From an uncultured delta proteobacterium (GTDB lineage: Bacteria; Desulfobacterota; Binatia; UBA9968), in contig CAWFJP010000030.1 of the NCBI GenBank assembly GCA_963816145.1, forward strand, positions 480,001 through 544,000: 64,000 nt of DNA, read 5' to 3'. The notes beneath the pieces are model-generated. The model saw only the letters and a list, made by a program, of their open reading frames with translations. It searched no databases and was not told the DNA's origin. Made by a program: the position numbers and the translations under genes. Shown here piece after piece: positions 46,675 through 56,863 of the stretch. The number at the start of each line of letters is the position of its first letter. The stretch's first letter is position 1.

Positions 46675-47617
46675 GGCTCCCTCTTAAGTGCTGCGGCAGG
46701 CCGCCGCCGGCCAACTGGCTGCGCCGCTTGCGCAAATCGGCGAAGCGGAGAATCGCATTTGCCAAATCATCGTCGGTCGATAACTCCAGCGCGTCGACGC
46801 CGGCCTGGGTGAACGCCGAACGCAGCTCCTGCTCGCGGCGCTCGGCCAAGGCCGCGAAGCGCTTGCGGAAGGTGCGATCGTGGGTGTCGACGAATAATTG
46901 TTCGCCGGTCTCGGCGTCGCGCATCGTGATCAGTCCGAGGTCGGGCAACTCCATCTCCAATGGGTCGTAGAGCCGCACGGCGATGATCTCGTGGCGCTGC
47001 GCGAGATTCGCCAGCGGGTTGGCCCAGCCGGGCGTGCTGATGAAATCGGAGACGACGAAAACCAGCGAGCGTCTTGGCATGACGCGCAGAGCGGTCTGGA
47101 GAAAATCGCCCAAATTGGTCGCCGCCGAGCGCGAAGGCTCGGGCCGGGAAAGGATTCTGTGCAAAATATGCAGCGCGTGGCGCCGGCCGCTGCGCGCCGG
47201 AATCACCGTATCCACGCTGTCGCCGTAGAAGAGCGCGCCGACGCGATTGCCGTGACGGGTCAGGAGCCGCGCCAGCACGGTGACGAATTCAGTCGAGACA
47301 GAACGCTTCTTCACGCGGGCGCCAAAGTCCACCGACGGGCTCAAGTCCAGCAGGAACCAGGCCATCACTTCCCGGTCTTCGTTGTAGACCCTCACGTAAG
47401 GTGTCTGGAGACGAGCGGTGACGTTCCAATCGATGTAGCGAACGTCGTCGTAATACTGATACTCGCGCAGATCGGCTAGGTCGAGCCCGAAACCGCGAAA
47501 CAGGGTCTGATAGTTGCCATGCAGCAGCCCGTCCAGGCGTCGAAGCACCGTCCACTCGAGATGGCGCAGGATGTTCTCGGCGCCGGCCGTATGCACAGAT
47601 TCTTGGACAGGACTCAT
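46655..47617 (-). CDS. DUF58 protein
   Basis: REY..DDVR.IDWNVTAR, D.S.S, VVSDF. Confidence 0.9.
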   Translation of the reverse strand: MSPVQESVHTAGAENILRHLEWTVLRRLDGLLHGNYQTLFRGFGLDLADLREYQYYDDVRYIDWNVTARLQTPYVRVYNEDREVMAWFLLDLSPSVDFGARVKKRSVSTEFVTVLARLLTRHGNRVGALFYGDSVDTVIPARSGRRHALHILHRILSRPEPSRSAATNLGDFLQTALRVMPRRSLVFVVSDFISTPGWANPLANLAQRHEIIAVRLYDPLEMELPDLGLITMRDAETGEQLFVDTHDRTFRKRFAALAERREQELRSAFTQAGVDALELSTDDDLANAILRFADLRKRRSQLAGGGLPQHLRGSHEVPLA

Positions 47618-47707
47618 CGGCTGATTGCTCCAAGCATGAAAAAAAGCGGCAAACCGTGCAAAAACTCACGCCGTTGAAAAGCATCTCCGTTGGCTCAAGG
47701 CAGATTC

Positions 47708-47786
47708 TTGGACTACTGGACTCGCCGAGTTATGAGGAGATGGATGGGAGCCTAGCACTCCAATATTCCAGTACTCCAACACGCCA
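47708..47786. repeat. Octamer TGGA/ACTCCA arrays
   Basis: ttggactactggactc .. cactccaatattccagtactccaacacgcca. Confidence 0.6.
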
Positions 47787-47789
47787 ATT

Positions 47790-48803
47790 TTACAAGCTTG
47801 CGCCAACTCTAACATGGGTCTCCAACGGCTTTTCGGGAGCCGGTATATGCTCCATGATACGGCGGATCAAGTGATCCGGCGTCATGCCATCGGCCAGCGC
47901 TTCATAGGTCAGCACTAGCCGATGGCGAAATACATCGAGAACTAGATCTGTGACGTCTTCCGACAAAACATAGGTGCGCCCGCGCAGAAACGCCAGCGCC
48001 CGCGCGCCCTCGATAAGATGAATCGAGGCGCGCGGGCTGACGCCGAAAGATACGTACTTGGCCACTTCGGCAACCCCAAAGCGATCGGGGTCGCGCGTCG
48101 CCGAGGCGAGCCGCACCGCATATTGCTTGAGCGCCGGATCGACGTAGACACGCTGACACTCGCGCTGTAGCGCGCTCAGTTGCTCAGGGGTGGCCAGCGG
48201 CACGACGTCGTTGGCAGTGCCGGTGACTCGGTCGACGATGACGAACTCTTCTTCTTCGGTGGGATAACCGACGAGCACCTTCATCATGAACCGGTCCACT
48301 TGCGCCTCGGGCAGCGGATAGGTTCCTTCGGTTTCGATCGGGTTCTGCGTCGCCATCACCAAGAACGGTTCGGTCACACGATGGCTCTCACCGGCGATGG
48401 TAACCTGGCGTTCTTGCATCACTTCGAGCAGCGCGCTTTGCACTTTCGCCGGCGCCCGGTTGATCTCATCGGCCAGCAGCAGATTGGTAAAAACCGGTCC
48501 CAATGCAGTGGTAAATTCGCCGGTCTTCTGATTGTAGATGCGCGTGCCCACCAGATCCGCCGGCACGAGATCCGGAGTGAATTGAATTCGTTTGAACGAG
48601 CCGCGAATGGTTCTGGCAAGTGTCTTGACCGTCAGCGTCTTGGCGAGACCCGGCACGCCCTCGACGAGCAGATGCCCCTGCGCCAGTACCGCCACCAGCA
48701 CGCGCTCGAGAAAACGATCCTGGCCAACGATGACCTTCTTCACCTCGTAGAGGATGCGCTCCATGAGCGAAGCAACTTCTTTGTGGTTTGTTTCTCTGTC
48801 CAT
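47790..48803 (-). CDS. moxR: MoxR-family AAA+ ATPase
   Basis: GVPGLAKT, RIQFTPDL, DEINRAPAKVQSALLE, ATQNPIE. Confidence 0.9.
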   Translation of the reverse strand: MDRETNHKEVASLMERILYEVKKVIVGQDRFLERVLVAVLAQGHLLVEGVPGLAKTLTVKTLARTIRGSFKRIQFTPDLVPADLVGTRIYNQKTGEFTTALGPVFTNLLLADEINRAPAKVQSALLEVMQERQVTIAGESHRVTEPFLVMATQNPIETEGTYPLPEAQVDRFMMKVLVGYPTEEEEFVIVDRVTGTANDVVPLATPEQLSALQRECQRVYVDPALKQYAVRLASATRDPDRFGVAEVAKYVSFGVSPRASIHLIEGARALAFLRGRTYVLSEDVTDLVLDVFRHRLVLTYEALADGMTPDHLIRRIMEHIPAPEKPLETHVRVGASL

Positions 48804-48834
48804 AAGCCCCTTTTTGCTGGCCCTTGCGATTACC

Positions 48835-49776
48835 CTAGAACGGCGGCACGCCGACAGCGGTTGCAGCATTTTCAATGGGCACCGCAAAGCCAATGCCGAC
48901 AAAAAAACGCTGGTTCGTCGGATTAAGAATCGCGGTAACGATGCCGACAACCTCCCCCCGGGCGGTTACCAGCGGACCGCCGGAGCTGCCGGGATTGGCC
49001 GCAGCATCGAACTGAATGAGATTGGTCAGCAAGCGTTTCCCATTCGGGGAGAAAAACTCGCGGCGCAATCCGGAGACTACTCCAGCGCTCGCCGAAGGAC
49101 CTATACCAAAAGGATATCCCACCGCGACGACCTGATCGCCTATGGCAAGGTCCGCGGTGGAGCGCATAGTGGCCGCGACCAAATCGTCGGGAATCTTATG
49201 CGCCTGCAGCACGGCTAAATCATTCTCAGGCTGCGTACCGGTCACCGTGGCGTCGGATTCGAGCCCGTCAGCAAACACGACTTGCACCCGCTTGGCGCCG
49301 AACACCACATGAAGATTGGTCAAGATCACGCCCTTGTCGACGATCACGACGCCGGTGCCGACGCCCTTTTCGCTCTCTTCGCCGTTCTTGTTCGGTTCCA
49401 TGCGACGCACCCGGACGATCGACGGTCGAATGATCTCGTACGCTTTCGCCGCCGCGGACGGCAGAACATTGGTCTCGAGCGTGTGCAGCACCGCGGCGTT
49501 AATATCTTCCTGAGTGACCGGACGCGGCGCCGGCGCAAATACCCCGTGGGTCAAAACCACCAGTAGCGAGAGCAGCACGGCGGCTGCCAGCCAAAGCGGG
49601 CGTTCGTGGCGCGCGCAAAAGTTTCGCCAGCGCGCGCGGGGTTTTTGACTTGGAACTTTCGCCGAAGAACTGTCGTCGGATTGATCGGGCCTTGCGGGAA
49701 GATGCAGATCGGCCGTCGGCGCTGACCGGCGGGCAACCGATGAACGGCTGGAACTGTAAAGCGTAACTCTCTTCAT
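48835..49776 (-). CDS. Membrane-anchored trypsin-like (HtrA-type, no PDZ) serine protease
   Basis: TM helix; ILTNLHVV, DLAVL, NPGSSGGPL. Confidence 0.85.
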   Translation of the reverse strand: MKRVTLYSSSRSSVARRSAPTADLHLPARPDQSDDSSSAKVPSQKPRARWRNFCARHERPLWLAAAVLLSLLVVLTHGVFAPAPRPVTQEDINAAVLHTLETNVLPSAAAKAYEIIRPSIVRVRRMEPNKNGEESEKGVGTGVVIVDKGVILTNLHVVFGAKRVQVVFADGLESDATVTGTQPENDLAVLQAHKIPDDLVAATMRSTADLAIGDQVVAVGYPFGIGPSASAGVVSGLRREFFSPNGKRLLTNLIQFDAAANPGSSGGPLVTARGEVVGIVTAILNPTNQRFFVGIGFAVPIENAATAVGVPPF

Positions 49777-50005
49777 GTGCGGCCCTGTCAATTGACCCGC
49801 GCCCACCGGCCTTCCGTCGAAGCAAACCCAACAACCTGAACTTTTATCTATCGCACGGCTAGCCGAAATTAAAGCCCGCTAGCCGCACTATGGCTAGGAG
49901 GTAGAGCCGCAACGAATCTTTTCAGATGCCGTTGCTCGCATGCCGCCGACATGCGGGTCCAGCGCGGCCTGGGCTTCACGACTGCGGAGTCAGTCGAAGT
50001 GACAC

Positions 50006-50993
50006 CTACCGCCCCATCAACTTCTGCACGAAGCCCTCTTCCTCTAACTTCTTCAAATAGCGGTCGCTGACGAAGTTCTTGGCGTCGAGCTTGGCCAATT
50101 TCGGTTCCGCTGGCGACCAGCGGGTCGACCACCGCCTGCATGGCGCTCACCGATGGATATGGGATGTCGGGGATCTTGTTTTTGTTGTACTCGTAGGCTT
50201 CTTTCAACAACTCCTGATCGTTGACCCGGCTAAACTGCGCCAGCGCTTTCATCGTGTATTCCGGTTCGGTTTTGAAGATCTTGATCGCCTCTACATAGGC
50301 GCGCAGAAAGTTGAGGATACGCCCCTCGTTTTTCTGAATCAGCTTTGCGCTACCGCACATGCCCGTGTTGAAATAGGGTATGCCCAACGCCGTGGCGTCG
50401 GCAACGACATTGAAGTTGAATTTCTTGGCAAATGCGCCAAAGGGCGCGTTAAAAACCGAGCCGTCGATGCTGCCGGAGCGCAGTGCGGCCAACCGCTCGG
50501 ACTCGTTGCCGATCTGCAGGATCGTCACCTCTTTCGGATCGACACCCACCGTTTTGAGCATCGTGCGCAAGCCAAAATCCGACGACGACGCGAAGCGGCT
50601 GATGGCGAACTTTTTGCCTTTGAGATCACCGGCGCTTTTGATGTCGGAACGCGTAACCAACTGGTAGCCCATCTTATCGTCGGTCATGGCGATGTAGAGA
50701 ATGTCGGCGCCGCGCATATTCGCCGCCACGCCGGGCGGTCCGGTGAGCTGCCCCAAGTCGACGTCGCCGGACAGCATTGCTTGAATCACCGTACTGCCCC
50801 CGGGAATGTAAACTACCACCGAGGACAATCCATACTTGGCGTAAAGCCCGCGCTTCTCGGCCAACGACACCAGCAGCGCGTGCGGATTGACCGAACTGTA
50901 AGCGATCCGAATGGTATCGGCGGCGTGAGTTAAATCAGCCCAGGCCGCGCAGAGTAGAGTTAGCGAAACAATTTTGGCGAATTTCATGGTCAT
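50006..50993 (-). pseudogene. NMT1-like SBP with +1 frameshift near 50110
   Basis: Family-type C-terminus EPKLAKLDAKNFVSDRYLKKLEEEGFVQKLMGR* lies in another frame, ending 50006; may be a sequencing error. Confidence 0.7.
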
Positions 50994-51048
50994 CTAAAAA
51001 TCTTTCCTTTGCGTCTTTGCGCCTTCGCGAGAGAAATATCCGAACGAC

Positions 51049-52092
51049 TTATAGCGAAAACAACTCTTTGGCATTCTTATACAAAATCTTCTCCTTGGTC
51101 TCGTTCGACAGCTGTTTGTGATTGCGCAAATCGATCAGGTTGTGCGGGAACTCGTTATCCCAGTGGGGTATGTCGGAGGCGTAGAGAAAATGCTCGGCGC
51201 CGACGTAGTCGACGGTGTGGGTCAACTGCGATTCGCCGGGCTCGACGCTGAAGTAAAGCTTCGCCTCGCGCACGATCTCGCTTGGTTTCTTTTTCAAGAG
51301 CGGCATTTCGATCTCGGCGCGTTTTTCCCAGTGCTCGTCGAGCCGGTCCAAGTAATACGGCAGCCAGGTGGCGCCGATTTCCAGAAACGCCAATTTCAAT
51401 TTCGGGAAGCGCACCGGCAACCCCTGGCAGACGATGCTGGTAAACTGGAGGAGGATACCGACCGGGAACGCGTAGGAATGGACCTCGGCAAAGGTCGACA
51501 ATCCGGAGGTGCCGAGCTCGCGCGATGTGTTGCGCGTGCCATGGATGCCGAGCACGATGTTGAGCCTCTCCGCTTCTTCATAGATCGGATCGTAGAATGG
51601 ATCGCCCAGTGCCAGCGGCAGACCGGTCGGCAAGATTTCAAAACCTTTGAGGCCTAACTCGGTCACTGCTCGGCGCAGCTCCTCGGCGGCGGCTTTGGGC
51701 GAGCGCATCGGCAAACAGCCGACGCAGAACAGCCGGTCGGAGCGCGCATTGTACTCTTTGGCAAACTGCGTGTTGGCGGCGCGTGACACGGCGATTTGAT
51801 ACGGCACTTCCTGATTCTTGGCGATATTGCCGGAGCCGGTGGGAAAGCAGACCGCTTTCTCGATGTCGTACTCGTCCATGATCTTATGCCAGTTGTCGAC
51901 CTGTTGCGCCGCGCTCAGCCCCTTCCACGTCCGCGCCATCTCGAACCCGTCCATCATGTCGTTGTCCCAGGGCTGATCGCCCGGCCACAAACCGGTGGGC
52001 CGCTTGATCCAGGGTTCTTCGAGATATTTGCGAATGTCCGATTGCCGTTCGAGCACATGACCGTCGGTATCGATAACCGGAAAGTTTGCCAT
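51049..52092 (-). CDS. Amidohydrolase_2 family protein
   Basis: IDTDGH, FPT, LEIGATW, ASDIPH, NAKELF. Confidence 0.85.
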   Translation of the reverse strand: MANFPVIDTDGHVLERQSDIRKYLEEPWIKRPTGLWPGDQPWDNDMMDGFEMARTWKGLSAAQQVDNWHKIMDEYDIEKAVCFPTGSGNIAKNQEVPYQIAVSRAANTQFAKEYNARSDRLFCVGCLPMRSPKAAAEELRRAVTELGLKGFEILPTGLPLALGDPFYDPIYEEAERLNIVLGIHGTRNTSRELGTSGLSTFAEVHSYAFPVGILLQFTSIVCQGLPVRFPKLKLAFLEIGATWLPYYLDRLDEHWEKRAEIEMPLLKKKPSEIVREAKLYFSVEPGESQLTHTVDYVGAEHFLYASDIPHWDNEFPHNLIDLRNHKQLSNETKEKILYKNAKELFSL

Positions 52093-52171
52093 GGGAATAC
52101 CCTCCTACATGAGTTCAGACTTAGTTCTTCTAGTCTGGTACGAACGTGGCTGTCAATGCGCGAGCGGAACT

Positions 52172-52275
52172 AGAATTGGAGTGGTGGAGTAATGGAGCGA
52201 TGGCAAAACAATCAAGAGCGACTCACTCATCGTCCGATAGCCATTACTCCAACCCTCCATTACTCGAATCATCCA
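52172..52275. repeat. Inverted octamer arrays (TGGAGTAA / TTACTCCA)
   Basis: ttggagtggtggagtaatggagcgatgg ... ccattactccaaccctccattactc. Confidence 0.75.
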
Positions 52276-53123
52276 CACCCCACATACTCCGCCAACGCGG
52301 CGCGCCAATCGCGCATGGGCGGCAAACCGAGCTGTTCCGACAGCACGCAGCGCAGCGGCGTGTAGCGCGGCCGGGCGGCGACGCGTTTCATGTCGCGCTC
52401 ATGGGTAATTTCAATGAGGGAATCGATTCGGTCGCGCGCCAACCCAAGCAAGCGCCCGGCTTCGAGGGCGAATTCGTAATACGTGCAGACACCTTCGTTA
52501 ACGACGTGATAGGTGCCGTACCGGCCGATAGCGCGAATCGCCATCATCCGCTCGATCAGGTCATCAACAAAGGTCGTGCTCGACCAGATATCGTCGATGG
52601 CGCGCACCGTCCTGCCCGCTTTGAGATCGTTGGCAACCGTGCAGAGAAAGCTGTTCTTGCCGCTGCCATAGACCCAGGACGTGCGCACGATGAAGCTGCG
52701 CGCGCACGCAGCCCGCACCGCCGCCTCACCGGCAACTTTTGTCCTGCCGTAATTGTTGACGGGTCGCGGGGCGTCTTCAATCGTATAAGGCAAACGCCTC
52801 ACCGGCTCGCCGTCGAACGCATACTGCGTGCTAAAATGAACCATCTCAGCGCCCACTTCGTTCGCCGCTTCGGCCACGAAGCCCGGACCGTCGACATTTA
52901 CCGCTTGAGCCCTTGCCGGTTCCTGCTCCGACTCGTCTACTTGGAGCACCGCGCAATTGATAATCAGCGCCGGCTTGGCATCGGCGACGCAACGCCGCAC
53001 AGCAGCGCCATCCGTAATATCGAGGTCGCCATGCGTGAGCGCTAGCACCTCATGCTCGCGCGCCATCCGCCGCGCCAAGTGACTGCCGACCAGCCCAGCC
53101 ACGCCGGAAATAAGAATTCTCAT
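52269..53123 (-). CDS. rfbD: dTDP-4-dehydrorhamnose reductase-like SDR
   Basis: G..GLVG, HFSTQYAFDG, P.N.YGRTK, RTSWVY, AARPRY. Confidence 0.75.
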   Translation of the reverse strand: MRILISGVAGLVGSHLARRMAREHEVLALTHGDLDITDGAAVRRCVADAKPALIINCAVLQVDESEQEPARAQAVNVDGPGFVAEAANEVGAEMVHFSTQYAFDGEPVRRLPYTIEDAPRPVNNYGRTKVAGEAAVRAACARSFIVRTSWVYGSGKNSFLCTVANDLKAGRTVRAIDDIWSSTTFVDDLIERMMAIRAIGRYGTYHVVNEGVCTYYEFALEAGRLLGLARDRIDSLIEITHERDMKRVAARPRYTPLRCVLSEQLGLPPMRDWRAALAEYVGCG

Positions 53124-53214
53124 CGCGTCAGACTGTAAAACGAGATACGTAACTCAGCAAGCGAAGCAAACGGGTTTGAAACCCACCCCATAGTTCCGAA
53201 TTCCGGCTTTGAGT

Positions 53215-53325
53215 TTATTTTGCGCCCTTTGCGCTCTCTGCGGTGGAATCTCCCCCTCCTCTTTCCTCCCCCGCGTGCGGGGGAGGATGAAGGTGGGGGT
53301 GATCGCCGTGAACTCTGCGGTGAAT
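53215..53325. repeat. CTCTGCGGTG half-repeats enclosing a CCCC palindrome
   Basis: tttgcgccctttgcgctctctgcggtg [ctccccc..cctcccccgcgtgcgggggagg..ggggg] ctctgcggtgaa. Confidence 0.6.
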
Positions 53326-53337
53326 TTTTAACGGCAA

Positions 53338-54330
53338 TCAGAGCGCGTAGCTCTTGAAGAACTCCCACATCTCCCGGTTGGCGTCGATGATATCGGTCGA
53401 CGGTCCGAGGATGCGCTCCAAGACTTTCTGCTTGCCGCCGGGCCAAACATGGCCGGCGCCGGTGAGTTTCCAGAGCACGACTGACGCGCCGTCGCGGCAG
53501 TTAGGATAAACATATTTGGTTGCGCTATGGCCGCGCGGGGTGCGATCGGTGCGCCGCTCGGCGACCGTCGGTTCGGCCTCGCAACCGTTATGATCAGCCC
53601 AGCGCTTGATCATCTCGTCGATGTTGGGATGAAACACTTGGCTTTTGGTTAATGGGAACGGCGGTCCGAGGCCGCCAGGGTAAAGAGCGCGCGGATCGTC
53701 GGTGCTGTGAATATGCAACACCGGCACGGCGCGTGCCGTTTTGATGACCGGTAGCACCATGCCACCGGCCACCGGCGCCACCGCAGCGATCACATCGCTC
53801 GCCTCCGCCGCCAAACGGTGCGCCATCATGCCGCCGTTGGACATGCCGGTGGCGTAGATGCGGCGCCGGTCGATGGGAAATTTCTCGGCGAGTTTGTCGA
53901 TCAGCGCCCGCACGAAACCGACATCGTCGACTTTGTTGATCACTGAGTAAGCGCAACAGGTGCCGGCGTTCCAGGTGAGCAGCCGCCCGGACAAGCGGCC
54001 GGTGCCGTTGGGATAGACCGTGATAAAATTTTCACTCTCCGCCAAGGCGTCGAGGAGCGAGTATTCTTTTTGATTGGCGCCATGGCCGCCGCCGCCGTGG
54101 AAATTGACGACAACAGGCAACACCTGACGCTCCGCCGCGCGCCGTGGCACATGAACGATGGCGCTGCGCTCGCGCCCGCCATGTTGCAGCGTCACGCTAT
54201 GATCGCCGGGGATGAGCGTCGGAGAAACAGCCAAAGCCGATGCAGCGCCAAGAAGGAGCATCGGCACCAACAAGAACATCGACGCGGCCACGATTTTCCA
54301 TTCTACGCCGATTTTGTCACGGCTTAGCAT
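53338..54330 (-). CDS. Secreted LpqC / PHB-depolymerase-like esterase
   Basis: FHGGGG, WNAG.CC, DDVGF, GMSNGG, GHVWPG. Confidence 0.85.
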   Translation of the reverse strand: MLSRDKIGVEWKIVAASMFLLVPMLLLGAASALAVSPTLIPGDHSVTLQHGGRERSAIVHVPRRAAERQVLPVVVNFHGGGGHGANQKEYSLLDALAESENFITVYPNGTGRLSGRLLTWNAGTCCAYSVINKVDDVGFVRALIDKLAEKFPIDRRRIYATGMSNGGMMAHRLAAEASDVIAAVAPVAGGMVLPVIKTARAVPVLHIHSTDDPRALYPGGLGPPFPLTKSQVFHPNIDEMIKRWADHNGCEAEPTVAERRTDRTPRGHSATKYVYPNCRDGASVVLWKLTGAGHVWPGGKQKVLERILGPSTDIIDANREMWEFFKSYAL

Positions 54331-54396
54331 CATGTCCCAGAAATTGAACGGGGAGCCAAAGCCCCCCGTTTGTAAAATTCTAGTAAATTTATGCGA

Positions 54397-54738
54397 TTAA
54401 TATTCGCGCCGCTGTTTGAGCTGTTCAAGCTCCTGGCGTTGGCGCAAGATTTCCTGTTCGTTGCGCTGGATCGCCTGATCCTGTTCATTGCCCTGGATTT
54501 CCCGACCTTGCAAGCCGTCGCCGATCAAACCGCCGGCGCCGGCGCCGAGCACCGTGCCGATCATCGCGCCCGCCAAAGGCTTGCGCACCGCGGTGCCGAT
54601 CAAACCGCCGGCGGTCGCCCCGCCCAAGGCGCCAATGCCGATGCCCTTTTCACGCGTGGTGATCGCACCGCCCGCGCAGCCCGCTGCCAAGGTGGCCACC
54701 AGCGCCAAACTTGCCAACGATTTGATAGTGTTTTTCAT
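54397..54738 (-). CDS. Glycine-zipper lipoprotein
   Basis: Lipobox-like AAGC; GALGG.AGGLIG..GAGAGGLIG; coiled tail. Confidence 0.8.
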   Translation of the reverse strand: MKNTIKSLASLALVATLAAGCAGGAITTREKGIGIGALGGATAGGLIGTAVRKPLAGAMIGTVLGAGAGGLIGDGLQGREIQGNEQDQAIQRNEQEILRQRQELEQLKQRREY

Positions 54739-54799
54739 GGTCCCCGCCTCCTAGCTGGGTTAGACGGATGACTCGCGGAAATGTTTACTGCCCCGCATA

Positions 54800-54931
54800 G
54801 AGGCTGTGTTGTAATGCTCACATGCCCCGCATCTGTCATCCCGAAAGCAGCGAGGGATCTCGTCTTTTCAGCCACATACGAAGAAGGGATTCCTCGGCTT
54901 CACCTCGGAATGACAGTTGCGACACAGTCTC
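54800..54931. mobile_element. MITE-like element with 15-bp terminal inverted repeats enclosing a TGTC REP pair
   Basis: GAGGCTGTGTTGTAA ... TTGCGACACAGTCTC (12/15 match); inside tgtcatcccg..gggatct and gattcc..ggaatgaca. Confidence 0.65.
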
Positions 54932-55059
54932 AGAGCCTGGAATATGAATTACTTTCCGGCTAGAGCGAGAGTCAAAAATGTTCTGACCGGTTGCCCGCTT
55001 GTGCTGGCGTTTCCAACTCGGGTGTTCTGATCTCCAGCAAAAGAATCGTGAGCGTGCGC

Positions 55060-55800
55060 CTAACGCAGCCGTTGAATCATCGCGATCCGGTCATCGAGCC
55101 CGGGGTGGGTAGATAGGAAGCCGCCCCCTTTGTCGCCGGATATGCGGCGAATCCAACTGAGAGAGTCGACCATGACATCTTTGGAATATCCGGCACGGAG
55201 CAGGATATCGACGCCATGATTATCGGCGTTGAACTCTTCGTTTCGGCCGTAACTGCGCGTTGCCAGTTCGCCGGCGATGGGCGCCACGGCTCCGGCGAGC
55301 GGAGATAGTTGCTGCAATCCCGCGCTCAAGGCGTTGATCGTCGCACCGAGCACTTGCGCCTTAGCCACATGTCCCAAGTCTTGATGCGCCAGCTCATGAG
55401 CCAGCACACCGCGCAATTGGTCATCCGAGGCGCGCCGCAAGAGTCCCATGGTCAGGTAAAATTGGCAGTTGCCGGCATTGGCGGCGTTGATCTCGTTCTG
55501 ATTGATGATGCCGACCTTGACTTGATCGAGCCGGCAAGGTTTGTCCATGGCCTGGACCAAAGGCACCATCACGCGGCGCAAACGCGCGGCGTCGTTGGTA
55601 TCGACGCTGCGCGAACTGTAGCTTTGCAACCGCGGTTGCGGGTGGTCTTGCGGCACGCGCTGGCTCGGCGGCACAGCCGTGGTGAAACAAGCTGAGAAAG
55701 CCAATGGCGCCAAGCACAGCATCGCCAGTGCAGCACGTTGAGAGCGGCAGAATTTTGCCGTCCACCGGCTAGCGCCAACGGACAACTTTCTCGTCTTCAT
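55060..55800 (-). CDS. M48 family metallopeptidase (probable lipoprotein)
   Basis: INAA, VLAHELAH, YGR.EE..AD, FLSTHP..RI. Confidence 0.85.
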   Translation of the reverse strand: MKTRKLSVGASRWTAKFCRSQRAALAMLCLAPLAFSACFTTAVPPSQRVPQDHPQPRLQSYSSRSVDTNDAARLRRVMVPLVQAMDKPCRLDQVKVGIINQNEINAANAGNCQFYLTMGLLRRASDDQLRGVLAHELAHQDLGHVAKAQVLGATINALSAGLQQLSPLAGAVAPIAGELATRSYGRNEEFNADNHGVDILLRAGYSKDVMVDSLSWIRRISGDKGGGFLSTHPGLDDRIAMIQRLR

Positions 55801-55826
55801 ATGAACACCATTGATCAACATCAATC

Positions 55827-56687
55827 CTAGGACGCCGGCTGTTCACCATTAGCCGCTGTGGCCTGGATGCCCCGTTTGTCTTCCATCAGATCGAGCTGCA
55901 CGCTGCCGAACAAGATTTTGCTGCTCAGCTTGACCGGCAGACGCCGTTCATCGGTGGAGATCCAGACCGCCGCCTCGCGCAATCTGTTGGCGTAGCCGGA
56001 CTTCTTCAAATTCTGCACGCTCGGCACGATTTTGTAGGCTTCGACAGTCTTACCGGAAGGCAACTCCACCGGCTCTTTCTTTTCGATGAACAATTCGAGG
56101 AGATAATGATAACGGCCGCCGAAGATCTTGAAGTAAAGCTTGTCGCCGACCTTGAAGTCGACGCTGCGAGCCAAATAGACCGCCGTGACCGGATCGAAGG
56201 TGTTCTGCGAGTCGAACTGATAGATCTTGGTGCGCTTGCCATTCTGCTGGCGAGTGACCGCCCAACGCTTGGCGGTCAAATCGAGCTTGGCTTCGGTGTC
56301 GATGATCCGGGAGTTTTCCCGCTGGTTAAAAAGATAATGGTTCGGCGACAGAGACTTGGCATCAAATGTCGAGCTGATGGTATCACGCATCTTCCAGATC
56401 AAATCGAGAGCCTTGGCGGTCTTGGCGTCGACTCGAACTTGATAAACCCGCTTGCCGTCGACCATGCTCGATGTCGTCGTCACCTCCGCCGTCGCTACCG
56501 AGAACAGGCCGTTCCAGGTCGCGCGGTACACTCCTTTCTCTCCCCTGTCGAAGGGATAGAATTTGGGAGTGTATACCGGGAGGTTGTCCGCTTTGATGGT
56601 CGCTTCACCGGCTTGAGAGACCGAGCCGGCAAGCAAACCGAAGACGCTTAGTGTCGCGAACAGCCAGTTGAGTTTAGGTACTTCCAT
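55827..56687 (-). CDS. DUF3108-like exported protein
   Basis: Signal peptide; GEK..Y, D.V.AVY.AR, WISTD.RRLPVK..K..FGS. Confidence 0.7.
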   Translation of the reverse strand: MEVPKLNWLFATLSVFGLLAGSVSQAGEATIKADNLPVYTPKFYPFDRGEKGVYRATWNGLFSVATAEVTTTSSMVDGKRVYQVRVDAKTAKALDLIWKMRDTISSTFDAKSLSPNHYLFNQRENSRIIDTEAKLDLTAKRWAVTRQQNGKRTKIYQFDSQNTFDPVTAVYLARSVDFKVGDKLYFKIFGGRYHYLLELFIEKKEPVELPSGKTVEAYKIVPSVQNLKKSGYANRLREAAVWISTDERRLPVKLSSKILFGSVQLDLMEDKRGIQATAANGEQPAS

Positions 56688-56863
56688 GTCAGTCCTTTAG
56701 ACGCCCCGCAGCAAAAAAAGTTTAAACTTAATATACCATATTAGGCGCTTCACCCCAGCCCAACTAGGACCGACCCCCGCTGCAAGAAAAGGCGTTAAGT
56801 AGCTGAAAATATTGCAGCCAACCGGCGCTTGGGCTACATTCGAGGTGATTCTACGGATCACCT

